Below are positions 17,844 through 27,200 of a stretch of DNA of 64,000 nt, piece by piece. The stretch is from the NCBI GenBank assembly GCA_963764165.1, contig CAVXRD010000002.1, forward strand, positions 2,400,001 through 2,464,000, written 5' to 3'. A program made the position numbers and the translations under genes. This DNA comes from an uncultured Verrucomicrobiae bacterium. GTDB taxonomy: Bacteria > Verrucomicrobiota > Verrucomicrobiia > Limisphaerales > Palsa-1400. Under the pieces are notes generated by a model that searched no databases, had not been told where the DNA came from, and saw nothing but the letters and a program-made list of their open reading frames with translations. Numbering within the stretch: the stretch's first letter is position 1; each line of letters opens with the position of its first letter.

Positions 17844-19430
17844 ATGAACTTCCTCCCCATTGCCATTCGGGAATTGCAGGTCACCGCGCGGAAGCTGATG
17901 ACCTATTATTGGCGCAGCATCAGCGCGGCGAACGCGGCCTGCATCACGCTCGCCTGGTTGCTGGTGGGATTCAGCGGCGCTGTGACGGCCAGCCAAGCCG
18001 GCACGATGACCTTTCAAGCGCTCTCAATGCTCGGTTATGCCATGACGGCGATGGCGTCCAGCCTCATCACCTGCGATTGCATCAGCGAGGAACGGCGGGA
18101 AGGAACGCTGGGATTCTTATTCTTGACAGACCTTAAGGGCTACGACATTGTCGTTGGCAAACTGGCCCGGCTGGCGGTGCCGGTTTATTGTTTGGCGGCG
18201 GCGTTTCCCGCGCTCGGATTCACCATGCTGCTGGGCGGAGTGGAATTGTGGCAATTCGCCAAAATCGCAGTCACGCTGCTCAACACGCTTTTTTTCTTCT
18301 CGACACTCGGGCTGCTGATTTCCGCCAGGGTCTGGAATAGCCAGTGGGCGGTGTCTCTTGCGTCAATGGGCGTTTTGGTATTCAGCGCCCCCATGGTGGC
18401 TGCTTTGCTGGGATTGCGCGTTGCGGGTCCGGGAATGCCAGCGCTAATATTCACGCCGGCGGGAGCTTTTCTATCGGCGCTCGTTACTGGAGCTTCGACG
18501 GTGACAACCCCGAGCTTCTGGGCTTCCTTGATCGTCAGCAACGCGATGGGCTGGCTTTTTCTCATCCTGGCCAGCGGCTTGGTTTCACGTGTGGTTTCCG
18601 GCGAAAAACGCACCCGTCCTGCCCGCGCGAAATTAGTCTCAAGCGCAAATCCGGCGCTGGCTTTGTTCGAGTCTCAGTCGTCGCACCGCTCGTGGCCGTT
18701 CGTAATGGTTTTGCTTTCGCTGGTGGTGTTGATCTGCGTCGTCGGGATGTGGATCAGCGCGGCGACTTGGTACGACATTCCGCTGTTTGCCATCATAGTG
18801 TTGACTCTGCATTTGGTGTTCAAGGCCCGGGTGGCCCAGAGCGCGTGCCAGTCGCTCCCGCATCGGAGGCAGACGGGCGAACTGGAAATTCTCCTGACCA
18901 CGCCGCTGGACGGCGACACCATTCTGCTGGGCTCAACCACCGCGATCAAACATGAGCTGCTTTGGCCGTTTTTCTTCGTGACAGCGATGGACGTCCTGCT
19001 TCTGGTCCTCGGCTGGCGCAAACTGGGGCTTTGGCAGGGCTTCGCTTACGGTGCGGTTTGGCTGGTTGAGTTTGTGACGTTCGCGGTCAACCTCTACACG
19101 CTGACGTGGTTCGGATTGTGGGCGGGCATGCGCACAGCGAACTCCGCGAAAGCAATGGGGCGAACGATTTTCTGCATCCTATTCATGCCGTGGACGGTCG
19201 TCGCGGTTTGCGCGGCAGGTGTGGGCATCCTGACCTACGGACATTTCCAGCCCATGATGTCCGTGGTGACCGGCTTTGAGTTCGCGGCTGGCTGGTGCGC
19301 CTGCAATCTGGGTTTTGCCGGTCTCGCAGTGTGCGAGCTGCGCGACAAGTTTCGCTTCCTTGCGGCCAGCCAGACCGCACCGCCCAAGCCATTCAAGTTG
19401 TCGTGGATTCCACGGTGGAGGAAAGTATAA
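17844..19430 (+). CDS. ABC-2-type permease-like membrane protein
   Basis: FLPIAIREL, DCISEERREGTLGFLFLTDL and GELEILLTTPL motifs; many transmembrane helices. Confidence 0.75.
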   Translation: MNFLPIAIRELQVTARKLMTYYWRSISAANAACITLAWLLVGFSGAVTASQAGTMTFQALSMLGYAMTAMASSLITCDCISEERREGTLGFLFLTDLKGYDIVVGKLARLAVPVYCLAAAFPALGFTMLLGGVELWQFAKIAVTLLNTLFFFSTLGLLISARVWNSQWAVSLASMGVLVFSAPMVAALLGLRVAGPGMPALIFTPAGAFLSALVTGASTVTTPSFWASLIVSNAMGWLFLILASGLVSRVVSGEKRTRPARAKLVSSANPALALFESQSSHRSWPFVMVLLSLVVLICVVGMWISAATWYDIPLFAIIVLTLHLVFKARVAQSACQSLPHRRQTGELEILLTTPLDGDTILLGSTTAIKHELLWPFFFVTAMDVLLLVLGWRKLGLWQGFAYGAVWLVEFVTFAVNLYTLTWFGLWAGMRTANSAKAMGRTIFCILFMPWTVVAVCAAGVGILTYGHFQPMMSVVTGFEFAAGWCACNLGFAGLAVCELRDKFRFLAASQTAPPKPFKLSWIPRWRKV

Positions 19431-19457
19431 TGTGCGGGTTGTGGGTCAATTATTCAT

Positions 19458-19534
19458 AAAGCACGGTAGGGCGAGGCTCCTGCCGAGCCATCTTCAATGC
19501 GCGGCTCGGCAGGAGCCTCGCCCTACCGTGCTTT
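19458..19534. repeat. REP doublet (REPIN-like), GTAG family B
   Basis: Perfect 32-bp inverted arms AAAGCACGGTAGGGCGAGGCTCCTGCCGAGCC (19458-19489 and 19503-19534). Confidence 0.9.
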
Positions 19535-19562
19535 GTCTCAATTCGCTAACGGTCAGAAGGTT

Positions 19563-20024
19563 GTGGTAGACAACATTCGCATTTCGAAATCCGGGATTCA
19601 CGGTTATGGCGGCTTTGCGACCAAGCCGTTTTGCAAAGGCGCGCGCGTCGTCGAATATCTGGGCGAACGCATCACCAAGGAGGAATCGCTGCGGCGATGC
19701 CAGGAGCAGAATTGGTTCATTTTCGGACTCGATGAAGAATTCGACCTGGACGGAAATGTGACGTGGAATCCAGCCCGCTTCATCAACCACAGTTGCGAGC
19801 CCAATTGCGAAGCGGTGTGCGACGATGGGCAGGTCTGGATTGTGGCGTTGCGCGACATTCGCCCCGGCGAGGAGGTCACATTCAATTACGGCTACGACTT
19901 GATGGATATCGACGAGCACCCGTGCCGCTGCGGCGCGCCCGGATGCGTCGGTTACATGGTGGCCGAGGAATTCTTTGACAAGGCCCGCAAGCGTCAAGCA
20001 GAAGATCGCGCAAAGAATTCCTGA
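19563..20024 (+). CDS. SET-domain protein-lysine methyltransferase with post-SET motif
   Basis: SGIHGYG, RFINHSCEPNC, GEEVTFNY and CRCGAPGC. GTG start chosen downstream of the REP element. Confidence 0.9.
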   Translation: MVDNIRISKSGIHGYGGFATKPFCKGARVVEYLGERITKEESLRRCQEQNWFIFGLDEEFDLDGNVTWNPARFINHSCEPNCEAVCDDGQVWIVALRDIRPGEEVTFNYGYDLMDIDEHPCRCGAPGCVGYMVAEEFFDKARKRQAEDRAKNS

Positions 20025-22381
20025 ACGTCTTTCGCCGGTGTTCGCGAAATAAGCTCCATGGGCGAGCGCTCATACCAATCGCGCGGCAGCCGGCTGGCGT
20101 AGGGCTCCTGCAAAAATCGCTGGCAAATCAGCGCAATCACGCCGCGATCCGTTTCGCTGCGGATCAATCGCCCGGCCGCCTGAATGACGCGCGTCATCCC
20201 CGGCTGCAAATAGGCGTAATCAAAACCGGCCTGCTCCGTTTCCTCGAAATAGCGGCGCAGCAATTCGCGCTCAAACGAAACCTGCGGCAGCGCGGGCGAG
20301 ACGACGTAAACCGCACTCAGCAACTCGCCGGGATAATCGACGCCTTCGGCATACATCCCACCGAGCACGGCGAAGAGCAGCACACCGTCCGCTGGCGCGG
20401 CGGCGAGCGTTTTGAAAATGCGTTCGCGCTCGTCTTCACGGGAGTTGGGCCGCTGGACAATCAGCGTGGCGCGGGTCGCGGGCATTTTCGCGGCGACCTG
20501 CTCGAGAAATTGGTAGCTCGGAAAAAGCACGAGGCCATTCCCGTATTGCGCATCGGACATTTCGCCGAGAAGCGTCGCGATGGTTCCATAACTCTTCGCC
20601 CGCGCCGCGAAAGTGGTTCGAACTTGCGGCAGCACCAGCACCTTGCGATTTTCCCGAGGAAACGGCGGCGGCAGTGTCAACGATTCGGTTCGATCTTTCT
20701 CGAGGCCGAGCAGACGCCGGGTCACATCCACTGGAGTCAGCGTGGCCGAAAAAAGAATCGCGGACGCGGCCGCCTTGAACACCGGCGCCACTGCCCGCGC
20801 GGGATCGAGGCACACGACAGCGAGGCGAATTCCGACCGGGCGTTTCTCCACCACGCACGCGAAGCCGGGGCCGAACAAGTTCAGAATTGCCATGAACCGC
20901 TGCCACGCGAAATGCAAATCAACCAGCGGATCTTCGGCCAGCGCGAGTTTGATTTCGCGTTTCCACGAGAGGTAGCGGACGAAGAGCGGCTCCCACTGTT
21001 TCCACAATTGGCGCAGTTCGTCCTGTGGCGGCTGCGCCTCGCAGATGTTCGCATTCTCTTCGATGGCTCCGGCGCATTGACGGAGCAGGGCGGCGGCTCC
21101 ATCCACAATGCGCGTCAGCGATTCGAACAATTCACCGGGTTGCAGAAGCAAACGGCCCGCGACATCCCGAAAGGATTCCTCGATCAACTCGGGCGAAAAG
21201 ATTTTGCGCGCCCGGTCCGGCAGATTGTGGGCTTCGTCAATAAGAAGAATGGCCGAGGCCAATCCTTCGCGGTCGAGATGGCTCAGGGCCGCGCCGGGGT
21301 CGAAGACATAATTGTAGTCAGCCGTGATGGCATCCGCTTTTCGCGAAAGTTCCAGTTGAACTTCAAATGGGCAGACCTTTTCCGCCTTGGCGGCGGCGAA
21401 AACGGCGTCGGGATCAAAGTGGGCCAGCTTCTCGCGCAATCGATCCAGCAATCGCGAGTCCTCCATTTTGCCAGGATAGTTTTTCGCATAGGGGCAAAAA
21501 TCTTCGTGACAGAGAACGCGGTCGTTGGCGCACATTTTTTCCTTGGCCCGGATTTGCGCGGTGCGAAACGTTCCGCTCGTGTTGGCGGCGCGGAAGACGG
21601 AAACCGCCATGCGCTGTTGCAGCGTTTTGGGCGTCAAGAAAACCACTTGTTTGCCCTCGGTCAATCCCCGTTGCAGAGCAGGATAAAGGCTGGCCGCCGT
21701 CTTGCCCGAACCGGTGGGAGCTTCGGCCATGAGGTGGCCGCCCGAGTCGAGCGCGCTGGCGACGGCGTCAATCATGATTTGCTGGCCGGGGCGTGGAGCG
21801 TGATGCGGAAACGGCATGTCAGCGGCGGCAGCCGCCTTGCGCCCGCGAATGACAACCTCGGCGCGCCAGATGGCGAGCAGTTCAGCAATCCGCGCTTTGA
21901 TGTCGCGTTCGACGGTTTCCTCCTGGCACGGCACCGGCACGGCGAATTCCTCGCTCGTGGCCAGATCGACGTAAACGAGCGAGCCGATGACCGGCGTGTT
22001 TCCCATGCGCCGCCAGAGGTTGCAGTAAATTTGCAGTTGACGCTGGTGGCTCTCCATGACCGAGCCGGAGCCGGGCAGATAGGCGGACTTGAATTCCTCG
22101 ACCAGCCAGCCACCGTCTTCGTTTTGAACGCAGCCGTCAAGGCGGCCGGTGATTAGCGCAGTCCAGTCCTCGACCTCCCAACGATCCTGCAAATAAACTT
22201 CGCGCCGGTAACCGGGTCGCGCCTGGCAGCGTTGCAGCAAAACGCGCGCGTGCAATTCCGCGCCCAAGCCGAGCCGGTGCCAGCCCTGCCCGCGCTCGAA
22301 TCCGATGCGCTGAAATCCCTCGCGCTCCGCCAATTCCCGCACGGAGACTTCAAAGACTTTAGTTGCAGGGTCGAATTTCAG
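19994..22381 (-). CDS. DinG/XPD-family Fe-S helicase with an N-terminal PD-(D/E)XK nuclease
   Basis: Nuclease motifs GRLDG, EEFKS and QLQIY. Walker A APTGSGKT, four Fe-S Cys, DEAH, QAAGRLIR. The frame stays open upstream of the GTG at 22342 to a CTG at 22381, so the start is uncertain. Confidence 0.88.
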   Translation of the reverse strand: MKFDPATKVFEVSVRELAEREGFQRIGFERGQGWHRLGLGAELHARVLLQRCQARPGYRREVYLQDRWEVEDWTALITGRLDGCVQNEDGGWLVEEFKSAYLPGSGSVMESHQRQLQIYCNLWRRMGNTPVIGSLVYVDLATSEEFAVPVPCQEETVERDIKARIAELLAIWRAEVVIRGRKAAAAADMPFPHHAPRPGQQIMIDAVASALDSGGHLMAEAPTGSGKTAASLYPALQRGLTEGKQVVFLTPKTLQQRMAVSVFRAANTSGTFRTAQIRAKEKMCANDRVLCHEDFCPYAKNYPGKMEDSRLLDRLREKLAHFDPDAVFAAAKAEKVCPFEVQLELSRKADAITADYNYVFDPGAALSHLDREGLASAILLIDEAHNLPDRARKIFSPELIEESFRDVAGRLLLQPGELFESLTRIVDGAAALLRQCAGAIEENANICEAQPPQDELRQLWKQWEPLFVRYLSWKREIKLALAEDPLVDLHFAWQRFMAILNLFGPGFACVVEKRPVGIRLAVVCLDPARAVAPVFKAAASAILFSATLTPVDVTRRLLGLEKDRTESLTLPPPFPRENRKVLVLPQVRTTFAARAKSYGTIATLLGEMSDAQYGNGLVLFPSYQFLEQVAAKMPATRATLIVQRPNSREDERERIFKTLAAAPADGVLLFAVLGGMYAEGVDYPGELLSAVYVVSPALPQVSFERELLRRYFEETEQAGFDYAYLQPGMTRVIQAAGRLIRSETDRGVIALICQRFLQEPYASRLPRDWYERSPMELISRTPAKDVQEFFARSSA

Positions 22382-22639
22382 ATGTGGGGCGTGATGTCCC
22401 GCGATTAACGCAGGCGGTTTGAAGGGCGGCGGAGTTGGGCGATAATTTTCAAGAGAGCCGGGATCATCCAGCCCTTTCCATTATAAATTTTCCACGGCAA
22501 ACCGCAAGGCGATCAGCTTTTTGCGGTCAAGAAAGCGGATTTTGAAAATTCTTTGTAATACCTCCAGGCGATTCCTTCTTAATAGAATGGCAGGGTGGTC
22601 TCTGCCTGTTGAAATGCGAAAAAACATCAATGCAATCCG

Positions 22640-24187
22640 TTGTTTTTGTGTCATCGCGGTTTTTTGGAGATTATGATCGACAGAAGCACTAAGGTCTCTA
22701 TGGTCGGCAGAGTGCGGAACTCTGATCATGCGGTCATCGGCAAATCCTTGCGGCGGTTTCACTCCACACTGCGCGGCGCGGCCCTGGCAATGACCCCCAG
22801 CCCCATTGGAGCCTTGGCGCTGGCGTTTTTGCTCTGGGGAACGAGTTTTGCTTTTGCGTCCACCTCCATTACCAATGTCTCGGCCGTCAACGTCACCTCC
22901 AGCGGCTTTTCCGTGGTTTGGGTAGACTCGCCGGCGCTCTCGGGATCGCAGATGCCGGCCATTTCCATCTTTGCCGACGCCGGGGGCGTGACCAATCTGG
23001 CAGGCGAGATCGGGGTGGAATGGTATCCGCTGAACTCGGGCGCGCCTGCGTCTGTCAGCGCCTACCAGCAGCGCCTGAGCCAGGCCGTTCTTCGCCAGGA
23101 GAGCCAAAGCCTCGGGTATGCTGCCGTTCGCATTTCGGGATGTTTGCCGAACAGCACCTATTATTATAGAGTCGGTGTGAGTGACTCCAATGGCGTGGTT
23201 GCAACCTGGCCCGCGAGGGGGCCGCTCCCCGCGGTCACAACCGCCCAGCAAACCAGCTTCGTGGCGGACTCGGCCCAATTGCTGGTCGAGGTGCCTCCCA
23301 CCACGCCGCCGGGCTCGATCATTCTGCTGGGCAACAGCAACACCCCAAGCATTCTTGCCGCGACTGTGGGCGACGGGGCGGCTACGAACCAGGTTTTCTT
23401 CAACCTTTCTGATTTGCTGAATGCCGCGGGGAACTCAAACTTTACGCCGTCCGGCAACCAGCTATTCGTCGTTACAGAACTGGGCGCGCCCGGCACAGCC
23501 ACTCAAACCTACGATCTGGCTTTCACTGGTGGTTTCAGCGTTGGAACAGAGAACCCGTTTTTGGTGGGCGACTATTTCAGCCTCGCGGTGGGATCGGGCA
23601 TCGCCCAAACCGGCCACAGCGGCAGCCTGCCCATCCAGATGCTAGCTGGGATCGGAATTACCAACCTGACCGTGCAATTGCAGCTGCCCACCGCGGATTT
23701 CAGTTCGCTCTCGGTGCAACTGATTTCCGGGCAGTTGGGTTCGGCCTCCTTGCAGGTCGTCAATCCCGGTTTGGTTTCGATTAACTTGGGAGCGGGATTC
23801 GCCCAGAATCTCCAAGGAGCGCAGGAGCTGGCCCAGCTTAATTTCACCGTTGCGACCAACATATCGTCGGCGTTCGTGCCGGTGACTCCACTGTCTTTGC
23901 AAGTGTCCAACGTGGATGGCTCGGTCACGACCAATTATCAAGCTCAGGCGGGCCAGCTTGTCATCGTGGGCCAGCGGCCGCTCCTGGAAGCTTTGCCGCC
24001 GACTCCAGCGGGGGATTTCGGGGTGGCCGTGTATGGGAATCCGGGCACGAACTATGAATTGCAATACACGACTAACCTGGCAAATCCGGCATGGCAGAAC
24101 TTTCTGAGCTTGCCCCTGACCAACCTTATGGAAGTATTCTTTTTTCCCGGCACCAACGTCCCCGGCATTTTCTACCGGGCCAATTAG
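22640..24187 (+). CDS. Secreted Fn3-like plus cohesin-like protein with C-terminal FYR domain (operon gene 1)
   Basis: Signal peptide ...AFLLWGTSFAFA, so the start may be as late as 22790. Fn3-like LPNSTYYYRV; cohesin-like region around ELAQLNFTV; ends IFYRAN. Confidence 0.75.
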   Translation: MFLCHRGFLEIMIDRSTKVSMVGRVRNSDHAVIGKSLRRFHSTLRGAALAMTPSPIGALALAFLLWGTSFAFASTSITNVSAVNVTSSGFSVVWVDSPALSGSQMPAISIFADAGGVTNLAGEIGVEWYPLNSGAPASVSAYQQRLSQAVLRQESQSLGYAAVRISGCLPNSTYYYRVGVSDSNGVVATWPARGPLPAVTTAQQTSFVADSAQLLVEVPPTTPPGSIILLGNSNTPSILAATVGDGAATNQVFFNLSDLLNAAGNSNFTPSGNQLFVVTELGAPGTATQTYDLAFTGGFSVGTENPFLVGDYFSLAVGSGIAQTGHSGSLPIQMLAGIGITNLTVQLQLPTADFSSLSVQLISGQLGSASLQVVNPGLVSINLGAGFAQNLQGAQELAQLNFTVATNISSAFVPVTPLSLQVSNVDGSVTTNYQAQAGQLVIVGQRPLLEALPPTPAGDFGVAVYGNPGTNYELQYTTNLANPAWQNFLSLPLTNLMEVFFFPGTNVPGIFYRAN

Positions 24188-24225
24188 CTCGGCGTTTGCT
24201 CCAACTTCCAACTACTGCCACCACT

Positions 24226-27200
24226 ATGATTTTTTCGATTGAAAGGCGGAAATTATGCCGCCTCGGCGTTCAGCTCCTGACGGCGTCGCTGGCGCTGGCG
24301 TCGAACCACCCCTGCCGCGCGGCCACGATCACATGGACAAACGTCGCGGGGGGAAATTGGGAGAACGCCGCCAATTGGAGCCCCGCCCAGGTGCCCGGAG
24401 GGGTGGATGACGCGGTCATCACCGCCAGCGGAACTTTCACGGTGGTCATGAACACAGGCACGACCGTCCACAGCCTTACCCTTGGTGGCTCGACTGGTCA
24501 GCAGACCTTCAGCAACAATAGCTCGCTGAATGTCACGTTTTCAAATCCAAGCGTTGTGAATGCCAACGGCGTCTTCGCTTGGAACGGCGGCACAGTGTCG
24601 GGCGGCGGCTTTACGGTCAACGGTCAACTGCTCTGGCACTCCGGCGTTTTCGGCTGCCCGTTGAACATCGCCACCAACGCCGTGATGAACCTTTATGGCG
24701 GTGGCAATATGTGGCTGGGCGGGACTCTGACCAATGCTGGAACGGTGAATTGGACGGGGGGAGCTTTTCAGTTGGATCCATATGATTATGGAAACAGCGC
24801 CGGTCCAATCGCAAATCTGGCGGGCGGCCAGTGGAATATCGAGTGCGACCAAACCCTGAACAGTCGAACCGGCCCCACCGCCAGCACATATTTCCTGAAC
24901 GCGGGCACTATCACGAAATTGGCCGGGACGGGACAAACCTATGTGCAATTGCCCATCTCAAATACCGCGGCGATTAACGCGTCCTCTGGGACAATCAACT
25001 TCCAAGGCGGCGGGCCGATCACCGGGAACTACACGGCGGCCGCTGGTTCGACGATTGCCTTTTCCAGCGGGAATTTTAGCGTGGGCGCCATTCCAACGTT
25101 CAGCGGATTGGGCAGCTTTCAATTCACCGGCGGCAGCTTGGCGCTGGCCTCGGGCAGCATACCCAATTTGCAGTTGGTCGGTGGCACAGTCAGCCTCGGC
25201 GACGGCTTCCAAGGCGGCACGATCACAAACTTGACTCTGAGCGGGAGCACTCTTGCCGGCACCAACACAGTGAGCGGAGTCATGAACTGGGTGTCCGGCA
25301 TAGTAAACGGCCCGCTGTCGGTCGCGAGCACTGGTGTCTTGACGCTGAGCGGCGGCGGCAATTTGTGGCTCGGCAGTTCTCTGACCAACGCGGGGACCGT
25401 GAATTGGACTGGAGGAGCCTTGCAATTTGATCCGTATGATTACGGAAACAGCGCGGGTCCAATCGTGAACCTGGCGGGCGCGCAGTGGAATATAGAGTGC
25501 GACCAATCACTCAACAGCCGAGGCGGAACCACTTCCAACACGTATTTTGTAAATGACGGGACGATCACAAAATTGGCGGGGACGGGCACAACTTATTTTG
25601 ACGTGCAATTTGACAACGACGGGGCGGTGAACGCGTCGTCCGGCACGATCAACTTTCAAGACGGCGGCCCGATTGGAGCTGCCTACAATGCTGCGTCCGG
25701 AGCGTCCATCGTTTTTGGCAACGGGAGCTTCAATGCTGGCGGGGCACCCACACTCGGGGGATTGGGCAGCTTTCAATTCACCGGCGGCAGCTTGCTGCTG
25801 GGATCCACCATTATCAGCAATCTGCAGATGGTCGGCGGCACAGTGACTCTGGGGGCGGGATTCCAAGGCGGCACGATCACAAACTTGACACTGAACGGCA
25901 GCTATCTAACGGGAACCAACACGGTGACCGGGGTCATGAACTGGGTTTCTGGAATTGTAACTGGTCCGTTGACGGTCGCGAGCACCGGTGTTTTGACCTT
26001 GAGCGGCGGCGGCAATATGTGGCTGGGCAGCGCTCTGACCAACGCGGGGACCGTGAATTGGACTGGGGGAACCTTGCAATTTGATCCGTATGATTACGGA
26101 AACAGCGCAGGCCCAATTGTGAACCTGGCCGGCGCGCAATGGAATATCGAGTGCGACCAATCCCTCAATAGCCGGGGCGGAAACGCTCCCAACACGTATT
26201 TCATAAATGACGGGACGATTACGAAATTGGCGGGGACGGGCACTACCTATTTTTACGTGCAACTTAACAACGCGGCGGCGGTGAATGTGTCGTCCGGAAC
26301 GATCAACTTTCAAGACGGCGGCCAGATTGGAGCGGCTTACAATGCAGCCTCAGGGGCTTCCGTTGTTTTTGGCAGCGGGAGCTTCACTGTAGGAGGGGCA
26401 CCCACGCTCGGCGGATTGGGCAGCTTTCAATTCACCGGCGGCAGCCTGCTGCTGGGATCCACCATTGTCAGCAATCTGCAGATGGTCGGTGGCACAGTGA
26501 GCCTAAGCGAAGGCTTCCAAGGCGGCACGATCACGAACTTGACGCTGAACGGCAGCTATCTTACGGGAACCAACACGGTGACCGGAGCCATGAACTGGGT
26601 GTCCGGCGTAGTGACCGGTCCGTTGACGGTGGCGAGCACCGGGGTTTTGACGTTGAGCGGCGGTGGCAACTTGTGGCTGGGCAGCACTTTGACCAACGCG
26701 GGAACGGTGAACTGGACGGGAGGAAGCTTCCTATTTGATCCGTATGATTATGGAAACAGCGCCGGCCCAATCGTGAATCTGGCGGGAGGGCAGTGGAATA
26801 TCGAATGCGATCAATCCCTCAACAGCCGGGGCGGAAACGCCGCCAACACGTATTTCGCAAATGACGGGACGATTACGAAATTGGCGGGGACCGGCACGAC
26901 CTATGTTTACGTGCCAGTTGACAACGCCGGGGTGGTCAATGCGTCGTCCGGAACGATCAACTTTCAAGACGGGGGCCCGATTGGGGGCGCCTACAATTCT
27001 GCTTCCGGGGCATCCATCGTTTTTGCCAGCGGGAGTTTCACCGTCGGCGGAGTGCCCACACTCGGTGGATCGGGCAGCTTTCAGTTTACCGGCGGCAGCC
27101 TGCTGCTGGGATCCACCATTGTCAGCAATCTGCAGATGACTGGCGGCACGGTGAGCCTCGGGTCGGGTTTTCAGGGGGGCACGATCACGAACTTGACGCT

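Noticed and set aside
19497..19562. N-terminal extension of the SET ORF (likewise 59710..59808 of the ROK ORF)
   Set aside because: These extensions run through palindromic repeat elements; downstream GTG starts are more plausible.
20510..22156. Long antisense ORFs (this one, 52451..53935, 47046..48230, 62965..63702 and others)
   Set aside because: They are shadow frames of well-supported genes on the opposite strand, as expected in GC-rich DNA.
21960..22342. Cas4-like nuclease plus DinG as part of a type IV CRISPR system
   Set aside because: No other cas genes or array are present; stand-alone nuclease-DinG fusions are known.
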